A stretch of 64,000 bases of DNA from an uncultured delta proteobacterium (GCA_963705165.1 CAVPJD010000008.1:64001-128000), one strand, 5' to 3'; shown: positions 1 to 10,225, counted from the first letter of the stretch. Notes: generated by a model from the letters alone, not told the origin. Translations and numbers: made by a program.

Positions 1-28
1 GGGAAAGAGAAGAGGTCGTGACACGGCC

Positions 29-577
29 TCAGCCGAACACCTCCGCAACAGCCTTCTTGAGGTGCAGGAGAAGTGAATGTCCCGGCGCGGCCGTGAGGCG
101 CTCCGCCATCACTGAAAGAACCGAGCGGTAGTACCAGGCCTGCTGTTCGCGTCCCCGCCTGAAACGAGCCCAGACTTCCTCCCCGACCCGTTCCCTGTCC
201 TCCCGGATGGCTTCCAGGTTCTCGATCTTGTCGGCGCAGGATACGAGGAGCACGGCCTCCGACGCCGTCTTCAGGAATTCGATGGTGTGCGCTTTTCTTT
301 CCTCCCAGGGTTTTGATTTGTCGGGCTCCGAGGCGCCTTCCACGATCCGGGCAACGGCCTCCCCGAATCTGTGCCGTATTTCGTCGAGGCTCAAGGGCGT
401 GTCCTCGACGGTGTCGTGGAGGATGCCCGCCACGACCACGTCCTCCGGGCAGCCGGCATCGATGAGGATCTTCGCCACGGCGAGAGGGTGGACGATGTAG
501 GGGGTCTTCGTCCCCTTCCTGCAGTGCCCGCGGTGGGCGCGGGCTGCGAGTTCAATGGCGTCGAAGATGGCGGACAT
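29..577 (-). CDS. HD-domain protein, Mesh1-like small (p)ppGpp hydrolase family
   Basis: AH..RKG..PYIVHP and LHDTVEDT motifs of RelA/SpoT-type HD hydrolases; no synthetase domain. Confidence 0.85.
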   Translation of the reverse strand: MSAIFDAIELAARAHRGHCRKGTKTPYIVHPLAVAKILIDAGCPEDVVVAGILHDTVEDTPLSLDEIRHRFGEAVARIVEGASEPDKSKPWEERKAHTIEFLKTASEAVLLVSCADKIENLEAIREDRERVGEEVWARFRRGREQQAWYYRSVLSVMAERLTAAPGHSLLLHLKKAVAEVFG

Positions 578-579
578 GG

Positions 580-1926
580 TCAGCCCTGGTCCATGCAGTC
601 TTTCTTTTCGGCAAACAGTCTATTTGTATACATCAGAGGGGATTCGGGGTCGAGATGAAAAGGCTTGCCGGGGCTGGAGAAGTCGGGATTCGGGATTCCG
701 GACTCAGGAAGAATGAGGAAGCCGCAAGACGAGAAAATCCGCCTGACATCCCCCTCTGCAAAAGGGGGAAAGGATGGGGATTTAGAATCTTTCCATACAA
801 GCCTCGCCCCGGTCCCGTTTTCTTCCGCTTCTTCGTGCCGCGCAGCGGACGTCGTCGTGAGGATGCTGGTATCGAGGGTCTCCGAGGCGGCCATCTGCGA
901 AAGCGGGTAGGGATTCTTCGCGGCGAGAGCCGACAGCCTGGCCGAAGGGATGGCAAAACCCGTCTGGTTGTCCTCCTTATCACCGGCCCGGATGATTGCG
1001 ACAACCTCTCCCCGTGAATTGCATACGGGGCTCCCGCTTGCCCCGTAGGTCAGCGGCGTGGCGAGCCGGATCCCCACCCAGGGACGGACGGGCGCGGAGG
1101 ATACGGTGCCTTCGGCAAGGACATCGGTAAAGACCTTGTGGCGGCTGACGACAACGACCCTGTCGCCGGCATCGGCGGAGGTATTCAAGGTCAGGGCCCT
1201 GACCTCGTCAGGGGGGATGCCCGTCGAAAGCAGGATGAGGTCGTTGGCGGGGTCCTCGGCCACGATGCCGTGCACGGGGTACCTCTGGCCGCGGTGGGTA
1301 ACGATCTCTGCGTTCGTCACGCCCTGCATGACATGGTGATTGGTCACGATGATCCCGTCACGCCCGTAGAAAAACCCCGTGCCGTAGCCCTTGCCCGGGC
1401 AGCTGACGAGGACAACGGAGGGAGCGACTCGCCGGTAGAGATCCTGGTTGTTGAGCGCGAACACGCTTTCCTGTTCCTGCGTGTTGAATTTCACGACGGC
1501 GCTCTGGGCGGCATTTTTGACCCGTTTGGCAAACTGGTACTCCCGGCTCCCGCTGAGGAACTCGCGCAGCGTCGTGAAATGGAAACTGGCGAAGCTGCAC
1601 GTGACGATGCCGAGGACGATTACAAAAGACAGTACGACACGGCGGCGCAGGAGCGTCCTGAGCCTCCGGTAGAAGAGCACCGTGAGCAGGATCGTGATGT
1701 AAAAGGGCCCCCTGATGAGAATGGACGGCCGCTGCGTCATCTGGACAGCGTCGCGCAGCATGACGAAATCGCAAAAGGCGAAAACAAAGCCCACGACGGC
1801 AAGAACCGCGCCGAGGAAAAAAAGCGCACGGCGGCTGAAAGATTCCCTCAGCTTGCGGTAGAAGATCACAGCGAACAGAAGCGTGGTGAGAAACAGGGCC
1901 GCAACGATGATCACCCGGACCTCCAT
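580..1926 (-). CDS. Membrane-anchored trypsin-like (S1C) serine protease
   Basis: About 4 N-terminal TM segments; triad motifs TNHHV, DLILL, GASGSP. C-terminal tail runs through a repeat element, so the true end is uncertain. Confidence 0.8.
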   Translation of the reverse strand: MEVRVIIVAALFLTTLLFAVIFYRKLRESFSRRALFFLGAVLAVVGFVFAFCDFVMLRDAVQMTQRPSILIRGPFYITILLTVLFYRRLRTLLRRRVVLSFVIVLGIVTCSFASFHFTTLREFLSGSREYQFAKRVKNAAQSAVVKFNTQEQESVFALNNQDLYRRVAPSVVLVSCPGKGYGTGFFYGRDGIIVTNHHVMQGVTNAEIVTHRGQRYPVHGIVAEDPANDLILLSTGIPPDEVRALTLNTSADAGDRVVVVSRHKVFTDVLAEGTVSSAPVRPWVGIRLATPLTYGASGSPVCNSRGEVVAIIRAGDKEDNQTGFAIPSARLSALAAKNPYPLSQMAASETLDTSILTTTSAARHEEAEENGTGARLVWKDSKSPSFPPFAEGDVRRIFSSCGFLILPESGIPNPDFSSPGKPFHLDPESPLMYTNRLFAEKKDCMDQG

Positions 1927-2169
1927 TGAAAGACCGTTATAGAGGGATCCCTCCCGCAACGGGGCGGCTCCCTAATCACTTATCGGCAATTTTCGACGGA
2001 AGTTGAGCAGGAAAGGTTGCAGGCTGCAGTTGGCAGGCAGCCGCTACGCGGCCGGCATCCGGAAACCGAAGCCCTGCATACTGATCCTAGCCGTCTTCCG
2101 TTTGTTGATTCAGGTGAATCCTGACTGGATAGACGGAACGGACGGAAGAGGCCGAATAGACGATGAAAT

Positions 2170-3447
2170 TTAACGTTGTGCCCTCAGCGTGGCCGCCTGA
2201 CGGAAATACTCCGTGGCAACGTCCTGGCGTCCCCGCTTCTGCATGATGACCCCCATCTGATCGAGACAGACGGCCATGCCCTGCGTCTCCCCGACGCCAC
2301 GAAAGATCTGGAGGGCTCTTTCGTATTGGCCGAAAGCGATTTCGTAGCGATCAAAGCTCATATTGTGCTTCGCCTTGTCGAGGAGGTCGACCGCTTCGCC
2401 GATCTGTTGTTCGCGCAATCTCCTGCGCTCCTCCTGGATCTTTGTCTGCTGTTCCAGGGCCCTCCGCCTCTCCTCCTCCATCCTGCGCTGCGCCTCGCCC
2501 GGCTGCGGAGCCGGCTCGCCCGCCGCCGCCACTTGTCCGGCGTAAAGGACGGGCAGGCTCGCCACGGGGAATGGAGAAGAGGGGGTCAGGCCCGAGATGA
2601 TCTCCCCCGGTACGGCGATCCCGATGTGGGATGCCTGGCGGTGAACGCGCGTCGCTATGCCGACGACCTCTCCCTTCGTGTTCACGATGGGGCTGCCGCT
2701 CGAGCCCGGGGAAATGGGCGCCGAGATCTGGATCAGCCGTTTGCCCCCGGCCAGCGGGCGAATCGCGGAAACGAGGCCGTCGGTGATGGTCTGCGCAAGC
2801 TGGGGGTGGTAGGGTGTTCCGATCACCACGATCTTGTCGCCCACCTGCGGCAGGGAAGAGGTCATTTTGAGGGTACGGACACTGTCAATGGGCAGGTTGG
2901 CGGACAGGATGACTACATCGTTCTCCGCATCCGAGGCAGCGATTCCTCTGATGTCCATCACCACGCCGTTTTTCGTCTTGATCCTCAGGGACGAAGCCCC
3001 CTCGACGACATGATAATTGGTCGCTACCATCCCCCAGGGATCGATGAAAAACCCCGTTCCATGTCCGCGGACCTGTCCGGATTCATTGAGATTATAGACC
3101 ACCACAACGGAGGGGCTGACCCTCTCGTAGATCTCCTGCACGCTCAGGGCGCCCTCCCCGGCCGCTGCCCCCCTCAAAGGGGCGCCGGGGGTCCCATCGC
3201 CGGGGACGATGATGGTCTGCACGGGGGCTTCGGCAACCGGGGGGGCCGTCTTTTTCGCCGGGACGGCCGCCATGTCCGTCTTGCCTTTGTCCGCAAAGCC
3301 CAGCCAGGCAGCTGCACCCGACAGGCCCAGGAGGAGGGCCAGCAGGATGGCCATGCCGCCGGTGTTGAGCGCCTCCTTGAGCTTGTTGAAGAAAAGGACA
3401 ACGAAGAAAAATAGGACCAGGATGAGGCCGATGAGAATTTTAAGCAT
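2170..3447 (-). CDS. Membrane-anchored trypsin-like serine protease with coiled coil and C-terminal TPR
   Basis: TNYHV, DVVIL, GSSGSP; two TM helices; TPR-like C-terminus. Confidence 0.85.
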   Translation of the reverse strand: MLKILIGLILVLFFFVVLFFNKLKEALNTGGMAILLALLLGLSGAAAWLGFADKGKTDMAAVPAKKTAPPVAEAPVQTIIVPGDGTPGAPLRGAAAGEGALSVQEIYERVSPSVVVVYNLNESGQVRGHGTGFFIDPWGMVATNYHVVEGASSLRIKTKNGVVMDIRGIAASDAENDVVILSANLPIDSVRTLKMTSSLPQVGDKIVVIGTPYHPQLAQTITDGLVSAIRPLAGGKRLIQISAPISPGSSGSPIVNTKGEVVGIATRVHRQASHIGIAVPGEIISGLTPSSPFPVASLPVLYAGQVAAAGEPAPQPGEAQRRMEEERRRALEQQTKIQEERRRLREQQIGEAVDLLDKAKHNMSFDRYEIAFGQYERALQIFRGVGETQGMAVCLDQMGVIMQKRGRQDVATEYFRQAATLRAQR

Positions 3448-3634
3448 CTTCTGCGCTCCGTTCTATATCGCAGGCAGGGGGTCGCCCCGGCATACCCATC
3501 CGCCCCGGAAAGAAATCCACTATTTATTGTCGGCTGATTTCAGATAATATTAAGGGCGGGGTCGATAGGAATGATGGTCCCGGAGGGGGTTCCGGTTGTC
3601 CCGGCCGGACGGAGATACTGTGGAATGGCGTACC

Positions 3635-3756
3635 CAGGTGACAGGTGTCAGGTTGCAGGTGACAGGGAAAACCGTAGGCAGGGATATTCCTGTTACCTGT
3701 TACCTGTTACCTGTTACCTGTTACCTGTTACCTGTTACCTGTTAGCCTGTTACCTG
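3635..3756. repeat. Heptamer tandem repeat arranged as an inverted pair
   Basis: 8 perfect CCTGTTA copies at 3689-3744 plus one at 3746-3752; complementary CAGGTGA-like arm at 3635-3666. Confidence 0.95.
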
Positions 3757-3788
3757 TCGCCTCCACGTGGTGATGGATTCGCTAAGGT

Positions 3789-4244
3789 CTACTTGAATTC
3801 CCCCGTCTCGTCGAAGGGAATCCGGAAGGACGGGGCGCCCGTGTGAATCGACCCCTTGAGCCGGTACTTGAACCCCGAGGCGTAGCTGCCCTTTCTCGCT
3901 TCCGAGAGCTGGCGCAGGATGCTGGTGAGCCCCGTGTAGGCCTCCACCTCAACGACTTTCGTGCTGAGGCGCTCCACCCTCACGCTCTGGTTGGAGACCC
4001 CCCGGGCAAAGGGCTGTCCGTTGATTTCCAGCTCGAAGGACATGCCGCTGATGTCCAGATCCGTCTCCGTGGGGTTCTGGATTCGCAGTTCCAGGAGAAA
4101 CGTCTGCTCCAGGAGCCGCATCTCTTTCGGCGTGACGTTGACGATGTCGACGTGAGGCTTCTCCCCCGTCCAGAAGAGCGAGGCGCAGCCGGAAACCAGA
4201 ATCACCAGGATCACGACGCAGGCCGAAACGACATTTCTTCTCAT
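3789..4244 (-). CDS. LEA type 2 / WHy-domain lipoprotein
   Basis: Lipobox VSGC; LRIQNP motif; beta-sandwich pattern. Confidence 0.85.
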   Translation of the reverse strand: MRRNVVSACVVILVILVSGCASLFWTGEKPHVDIVNVTPKEMRLLEQTFLLELRIQNPTETDLDISGMSFELEINGQPFARGVSNQSVRVERLSTKVVEVEAYTGLTSILRQLSEARKGSYASGFKYRLKGSIHTGAPSFRIPFDETGEFK

Positions 4245-4344
4245 TTCTTCCGCCTCCTTCCCCATCCTTTGAACGGGCTATAAAAATATCAGAAATCCGC
4301 CGGAATTGGAACCGGGACGACGAACGCCCGATGGACAATGCCTG

Positions 4345-5313
4345 TCACGTCACCGGCCTGGCTGCAACGACGCTCCGCTCCGCCTCCGTCAGCAGGCATC
4401 CCTCCAGGCATCGCTTGCTGCAGGACCCGTCGCAGGGCTCGACGTGGGTGGTGACGCTCGCGCCCGGGAAGCGCTCCCGGATCTCCCGGGCGAACTCCTG
4501 CGTGATGCGGTGGGAGGCCTCAACGGTCATCTGCGCATCCACCATGATGTGAAACTCGACGAAACGGAAATTCCCGGCCTTCCGGGTTCGCAGCTGGTGA
4601 TAGCCCTTCACAACGGGTTTTCGCTGCAGGATCAACGATTCGATCCACGCGATCTCCTCGCCCGGCAGCTGGACATCCAGGAGGTCGCGTGCCGACTGCT
4701 GCGTAAGATCCCAGGCCGCCTTGATGATGAGCAGGGCCACCCCGATGGCCGCCGCGGGATCCACCCAGTGCAGGTTGACTTCCGGGGCAACAAGATCCGC
4801 AGCCCAGATGACGGCCAGGGCGGTCATGACGCCGGCCGAGGTGTACACGTCGGTCCGCAGGTGCCACCCGTCGGCGATCAGGGCCACCGAATCGGTCTCC
4901 TTGCCCACCCGGAAGAGCTTGCGGGAGACGAACGTGTTGACAACAGCCGACAGGAGCATGACAGCGGCGCCCCAGGCGGCCATCTCCAGGGGCTCCGGGC
5001 GGACGATCTTCTGCGCCGCCTCGAAGATGATCCAGCCGGCGGCGAGAAAGATGAGGATCGCCTCGACGGTCCCGGAGATGTTCTCGATCTTGCCATGCCC
5101 GAAGGGGTGCTCCCGGTCGGCGGGAATGCCTGAGGTGCGGACGGAATAATAAGCAATCGCCGCGGCAATAAGATCGACGCCGGAGTGGATCGCCTCGGAA
5201 ATGACGGAGACGGAGCTGATCGCAAGGCCCACGGCGAGCTTCAGCGCGACGAGCGTCGTGTTGGAGATGATCGACAGCAGCGCAACCTGCCTTTTCCTCC
5301 GATCCGCTTCCAT
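4345..5313 (-). CDS. Cation diffusion facilitator transporter (FieF-like)
   Basis: EAIHS..D, HPFGHGKIE, HLRTD motifs; C-terminal dimerisation domain ending HVEP. Confidence 0.92.
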   Translation of the reverse strand: MEADRRKRQVALLSIISNTTLVALKLAVGLAISSVSVISEAIHSGVDLIAAAIAYYSVRTSGIPADREHPFGHGKIENISGTVEAILIFLAAGWIIFEAAQKIVRPEPLEMAAWGAAVMLLSAVVNTFVSRKLFRVGKETDSVALIADGWHLRTDVYTSAGVMTALAVIWAADLVAPEVNLHWVDPAAAIGVALLIIKAAWDLTQQSARDLLDVQLPGEEIAWIESLILQRKPVVKGYHQLRTRKAGNFRFVEFHIMVDAQMTVEASHRITQEFAREIRERFPGASVTTHVEPCDGSCSKRCLEGCLLTEAERSVVAARPVT

Positions 5314-5459
5314 GGTAAGGGCTCCAGCGTCAAACGAAGAAATCATACACGACCTGCTGCTTCTTGAAAAGCGGATTCGAGGCTCTTCCGTCTTGCTTTT
5401 TCGCAGCCCCTCCCGTATGTTGCGGGGCAGTTTCCATTCACCCTGGGGCGAAGACCACG

Positions 5460-6953
5460 ATGAACAGCCTGACCCTCGGACTGGTGGGCACGATCCCCCT
5501 GATCCTTCTTTTCGCGGGCCTGACGGCGACGAAGATCAAGTCGCACTTCGTGACGCTCGCGGGGCTTGTCGTCACTGCGGCACTGGCCGCTTTTGTCTGG
5601 AACATGGATCCCGGGCGGCTCGGCTTATCGGCCCTCGAAGGCGCTCTCATCGCCCTTGTGCCCATCGTCTGGGTCATCCTCGCCGCCGTCTTCACCTATT
5701 TCGCCGGCGTCGAGTCGGGCGCCATGGAGACGGTGAGGGCAACCCTGGTGACGCTCTCGCCCGACCGCAACGTCCAGGCCGTCATCATCGCATACTGCTT
5801 CGGCGGGTTTCTGGAGGGTGTGGCCGGTTTCGGAACGGCCGTCACGATCCCCACGGCGGTCCTCATCACCATGGGGTTTGCCCCCATCCAGGCCGCCGTG
5901 ATTGCGCTGCTGGCCAACTCCGTTCCCGTGGCCTTCGGCGCCCTGGGCATTCCCGTCATCGTGCTCGCCCAGATAACGGGCCTGGACCTCACCACCCTGA
6001 CGCGGTACGTGGCCCTGCAGCTGCTGCCCTTCAGCATCCTGGTCCCTCTGGTCATCGCCCTGATCAGCAACGGAGGCCCCCGGGGCCTTGGCCCATCCCT
6101 TCCCGATGTCTTCCTCCTGGGAACCCTTTTCGGCGCCGCCCAGACCGTCACGGCTTTCTGGCTCGGGCCCGAGCTTGTGGCCGTCATGGGCTCGCTGGGG
6201 TCGCTCGCGTTTTACCTCGCCTGGAAAACGATGACCGGCAGGTGGACGGCCGCGGGAGACCGGAAGGAACTTCTCCTGGCCCTCTCGTCCTACATCATCC
6301 TGCTTGCCCTGGTCCTCGTGACGCGGCTGCTCCCGCTCGATTTCCCGAAGCGGCCCCCCTTCACGTTCCTGCTCCCCCTGGGCATCAACCCCGTGAAGAT
6401 CGACTGGCTTACGACGCCGGGAACCCTTCTCTTCCTGTCGGCCGTTGCGGGCTCGCTGCTGCAGGGGCTGTCGCTCAGGCAGGTGAGCCGCGTCTTTGTC
6501 CAGTCCCTCGACCGGATCAAGTGGAGCGCCTGGACGATCATCAATATCGTCGCCCTGGCCAAGATCATGGGCTACTCGGGGATGGTGAACTCGACGGCCA
6601 CGATGCTCGCGGCCCTCTCGGGCAAGGCCTACCCCCTGATCGCCCCGGGCCTGGGGGCCATCGGGACCTTTGTCACGGGAAGCGACACGGCCTCCAACAT
6701 CCTTCTGGGCGAACTGCAGCGGGAGACGGCCAAACGGATCGGCGCCGACGTCCACTGGATCTGCGCATCGAACACCTCGGGGGCCACGGCGGGGAAAATG
6801 ATCTCGCCCCAGAGTATCTCCGTAGCCGCCGCCACGGTGGGCCTGCAGTCCGAGGAACGCGCCATCGTCCGCACGACGTTCCTATACTGTGCGGGGTATT
6901 CGATCCTCTTGGGCCTATTGGTCTTCGCAGTGAACCATCTCCTGGTCGCGTGA
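5460..6953 (+). CDS. lctP: L-lactate permease
   Basis: FLEGVAGFG, PVAFGALG, GSDTASN and GKMISPQSI motifs; highly hydrophobic. Confidence 0.9.
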   Translation: MNSLTLGLVGTIPLILLFAGLTATKIKSHFVTLAGLVVTAALAAFVWNMDPGRLGLSALEGALIALVPIVWVILAAVFTYFAGVESGAMETVRATLVTLSPDRNVQAVIIAYCFGGFLEGVAGFGTAVTIPTAVLITMGFAPIQAAVIALLANSVPVAFGALGIPVIVLAQITGLDLTTLTRYVALQLLPFSILVPLVIALISNGGPRGLGPSLPDVFLLGTLFGAAQTVTAFWLGPELVAVMGSLGSLAFYLAWKTMTGRWTAAGDRKELLLALSSYIILLALVLVTRLLPLDFPKRPPFTFLLPLGINPVKIDWLTTPGTLLFLSAVAGSLLQGLSLRQVSRVFVQSLDRIKWSAWTIINIVALAKIMGYSGMVNSTATMLAALSGKAYPLIAPGLGAIGTFVTGSDTASNILLGELQRETAKRIGADVHWICASNTSGATAGKMISPQSISVAAATVGLQSEERAIVRTTFLYCAGYSILLGLLVFAVNHLLVA

Positions 6954-8185
6954 TGAAAAACGAAAACAAAATCATCCTCTTCCCCGTGGCGTCCCACTTT
7001 CTCTTTCACTTCTACGAGATCGCCTTTCCGGCACTCGCCATCCCGCTGACGATTTCGCTGAACATGAGCCTCAAGGACGTCCTCGCGCTGGGGTTTCCGA
7101 TGTATCTCATGTTCGGCCTCTTCGCGCTCCCCTGGGGGTTTTTCGCCGATCACTTCAGCAACCGGCTCGCCCTCATGATCGGCTTTTTCGGCTGTGCCGC
7201 GGGTTCCTTCCTCACGGCCCTGTCGTCGACGCCCACGGGAATCCTGTGGTCGCTGGCCGTCGTCGGGATTTTCTCCTGCATCTCCCACCCGGCAGGCATG
7301 GGTCTCATCTCCCACGGGGTGAAAAACCGGGGGGCGGCCCTGGGCATTTTCAGCGTGGCGGGGACCGTCGGGCTCATCGTGGGGCCTGTCCTGGCGGGGC
7401 TCATGAACTGGCTGGCGGGCTGGAAGGTGGCTTACGCCGTCATGGGCGCCGTGAGCCTCCTGTGGGGCATCGCCCTCATCTTCATCCGGATCGACGAGAC
7501 CCCCGTCACGCAGGAAAGCGCCCCTGCCGGCGGCGGGGGGAACAACAACGCCTTCCCGCTGGGGACCGTCATCCTCTTCTTCTGGATCGTCACGCTGGGC
7601 GGGCTCGTCTACCGGATCAACATCGTGGCCCTGCCGGCCTTTCTCGAGTTCAAGGCGGGATTTCTCTCACGAGCCTTTCACGACATGCTGAGTATTCCGG
7701 ACATAGCGGCCACGACGACAATGGCTGCGGCCGCCCTGACGTCGCTCATCTATGTCGCGGGGATCTTCGGCCAGCTCTGGGGAGGCCGGATCGCAGACCG
7801 TTACGAGCTGAGGCGCCTCTACATCGTGTTCAACGCCGCCATCCTGCCCCTGGCACTGCTCATGGCTTTTCTCACGGAACAGTACCTTGTTGCCGCGGCG
7901 GCGGCCTACGTATTCTTCGCATTGGGGATCCAGCCCATCGAGAACAGCCTCATCGCCACCTTCACGCCCCCTCGCTGGCGAAGCACGGGCTACGGCCTTG
8001 CGGCGATCCTCATTTTCGGCGTGGGGGCGCTCGCCGTCTATCTCGTCGGCTGGGTCTCGACCCGCTGGTCGCTGGGGACGGTTTACCTCTTCTCGAGTGC
8101 CCTGCTGGTGCTCATCGTCGTGAACATCGTCTTTCTGTTCGGCGCAACGCGCGGGCGCGAGCTGCGCAACAGGAGACAATCCTGA
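6953..8185 (+). CDS. MFS transporter
   Basis: ATG overlaps the lctP stop (TGATG); about 12 TMs; WG..ADH and GG.IADRY MFS motifs. Confidence 0.88.
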   Translation: MKNENKIILFPVASHFLFHFYEIAFPALAIPLTISLNMSLKDVLALGFPMYLMFGLFALPWGFFADHFSNRLALMIGFFGCAAGSFLTALSSTPTGILWSLAVVGIFSCISHPAGMGLISHGVKNRGAALGIFSVAGTVGLIVGPVLAGLMNWLAGWKVAYAVMGAVSLLWGIALIFIRIDETPVTQESAPAGGGGNNNAFPLGTVILFFWIVTLGGLVYRINIVALPAFLEFKAGFLSRAFHDMLSIPDIAATTTMAAAALTSLIYVAGIFGQLWGGRIADRYELRRLYIVFNAAILPLALLMAFLTEQYLVAAAAAYVFFALGIQPIENSLIATFTPPRWRSTGYGLAAILIFGVGALAVYLVGWVSTRWSLGTVYLFSSALLVLIVVNIVFLFGATRGRELRNRRQS

Positions 8186-8227
8186 GCAAAAGGGTATCGG
8201 ATCGGGGGATGGATTGAGAAGGGGGGC

Positions 8228-8650
8228 TCAGGAGTTTGGGGCCGAGAGCTTCACCCGCTCCCCGCCTATCTCAAGGGTGGTCTTGGAATAGGTGTACTTC
8301 TTGATGATCTTGCCGTCCCGGAAGTGCATCACGTCGACGCCGCGGCGCCGCTCCAGCTTTCCTTCATGGCCCTTTTCCATGGACGGCCAGTCGAGAGACC
8401 AGCGGAAGAGGACCTTTTCGGCCTTCTCGTCGACAAAGAGATCCTCCGTCGTGAAGCGAAATCCGCCGTGATTCGCAAACCAGGGCGCCCATGCCTGCCG
8501 CAGGGCCTCCTTGCCCCTGGCGCTCCCTCCCGTCCAGTTCTCGAACTCCACCTCGTCGTGGAGAAGCTCCATGACCCTGTCGAGGTCGTGCTCATTCCAG
8601 GCGTCATTCCAGCGTGTCAGCAGGGCGATGGTTTTGTCTCGGTCTAACAT
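8228..8650 (-). CDS. NTF2/SnoaL-like protein
   Basis: AWNEHDLD, RGKEA and GVDVMHFRDGKI motifs. Confidence 0.85.
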   Translation of the reverse strand: MLDRDKTIALLTRWNDAWNEHDLDRVMELLHDEVEFENWTGGSARGKEALRQAWAPWFANHGGFRFTTEDLFVDEKAEKVLFRWSLDWPSMEKGHEGKLERRRGVDVMHFRDGKIIKKYTYSKTTLEIGGERVKLSAPNS

Positions 8651-8684
8651 GGTATGTCCCGTCTATTCGGTCTGTCCAGATGGC

Positions 8685-8770
8685 GGGTTCAGGGTCCAGG
8701 GGCCAGGGTTCAGGGAAGGAAAAAGATTTGTTCTATACCCTGTACCCTATACCCGGTACCCTGTACCCTG
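8685..8770. repeat. Heptamer inverted-repeat element
   Basis: GGGTTCA/GGGTCCA units at 8685-8714 facing TACCCTG units at 8736-8770. Confidence 0.8.
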
Positions 8771-8783
8771 AAGTAGGCTTCGC

Positions 8784-9157
8784 CTACTTCAAGATGATCT
8801 TCGAATCCGGTCCCTGCGCGTTGGGAACGATGATGCGCGACTGCTCCTGGCGCTGCGCCTCCTTGATTTCCTCAGCCAGCTTCGCCAGGAACTGGTCCAT
8901 CACCTCGGGGAATTTCTCGGCCGCTTCCTGGAGATTTTTCGCCTCGATGGGAAACTGAACCGGCAGAGGCCCCTGGGGGGACATGATGTTCGTCTGCCCC
9001 ACGAAGACGTACTTCCGCGCTTTGTCGATCTCGCCGTTGGGCTTGACGGCGTGAGCTGGCGGATGGCCGCCGTGCGCATGTCCGTGTACATCTCTTCCCT
9101 GTAGAGGTTCTGCAGGTTGACCTTGACCTTACCCTTTTCCGTATCTTCCATGTTCAT
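8784..9157 (-). pseudogene. Conserved hypothetical cytoplasmic protein split by a 1-nt deletion near 9050 (or sequencing error)
   Basis: N-part NLYREEMYTDMR..IRQLTP continues in another frame as VKPNGEIDKARKYVFVGQTNIMSPQGPLP..SKIILK. Confidence 0.75.
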
Positions 9158-9339
9158 GATTTCTCCTCGCTTTGCGGTCCGGGATCGGACTTGATGCCGC
9201 TCCCATAACACATTCCCTGCCCCAAAACAATCGCCCGCTTTTAAAGAAAGGCCGGGTCCAGGGGCCAGGGTCCAGGGTTCAGGGAAGGAATAAGATTCTT
9301 TCCGGTGTCTTTTTCCCTTCACCCACTGGTCACTGGTCC

Positions 9340-10134
9340 CTAATCACTGTCACTGCTTTCAACGATGGCCACCGGCCTGCACCACCCTGCGCTCGCCCCC
9401 TTTACCTTGACGGGAAAGCAGCAGAGTGTGAACCCGTGGGGGCGGCCAATGGCCGAGAGGTTGGCCATCTTCTCCATGTGGCAGTAGCCGATGTCGATTC
9501 CGGCAAAGTGGGCCTCCCAGATTACCCGCGCATCGCCGGTTCGTTTGAATTCCTCGGCGATATAAGACAGCGGCCTGTCCCAGCTCCAGGCATCGGTGCC
9601 CACGATCTTGACGCCCTTCTCCAACAGCCAGAGGGTGCTCTCACGCTCCATGCCGGGCCCCTTCACGAGGTACTCCGGCCTACCCCAGGCTGCGTCCGCA
9701 CCCGTCTGGATCACGACAATGTCGAGGGGCTTGATCTCATAGCGGACCCTCGCGAGGGCCTTCTTGACGTCGTCCACCGTGACGCGCTCGCCATCAGCTT
9801 TGTGGCGGAAATCGAGGACGACCCCGTCGCCCATGCACCACTCGAGGGGAATCTCGTCAATGGTCATGGCGGGCTTGCCGCCGTCCATGGTGGGGTGGTA
9901 GTGCCAGGGGGCATCGAGGTGGGTGCCGCTGTGCGTCGTGAGGTGGACAAATTCGAGCGCCCAGCCAAGCCCGCCGGGAAGCTGCTCCGTCTTCACCCCG
10001 GTGAAAAAGTCCTTCATCTGCTCGGCGCCCTGCTTGTGGCCGACGTAGTCTATTTTCGGGATCATCCAGGCGGGATCGCTCGGAAGCCCCGACTCGATGG
10101 CGATGCTGAGATCGACAAAACGCCTTTTCTTCAT
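9340..10134 (-). CDS. Cyclase family metal-dependent hydrolase (kynurenine formamidase-like)
   Basis: HSGTHLDAPWH motif; C-terminal HMEKMANL. Confidence 0.9.
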   Translation of the reverse strand: MKKRRFVDLSIAIESGLPSDPAWMIPKIDYVGHKQGAEQMKDFFTGVKTEQLPGGLGWALEFVHLTTHSGTHLDAPWHYHPTMDGGKPAMTIDEIPLEWCMGDGVVLDFRHKADGERVTVDDVKKALARVRYEIKPLDIVVIQTGADAAWGRPEYLVKGPGMERESTLWLLEKGVKIVGTDAWSWDRPLSYIAEEFKRTGDARVIWEAHFAGIDIGYCHMEKMANLSAIGRPHGFTLCCFPVKVKGASAGWCRPVAIVESSDSD

Positions 10135-10225
10135 AGTGCAACTCCCCACCTATCTCTCCTCATACCCGAGCGGCATCACGTAAAAGGGGCCCTGCCGCAT
10201 TTGACGAGGCTCAGGCCCCTGCGTT

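Noticed and set aside
3689..3752. Repeat run as a possible CRISPR array
   Set aside because: 7-bp tandem units with no spacers and no cas genes
5201..8185. 994-aa ORF suggesting a giant MFS fusion
   Set aside because: The N-terminal part is an off-frame shadow of lctP; the real MFS starts at ATG 6953
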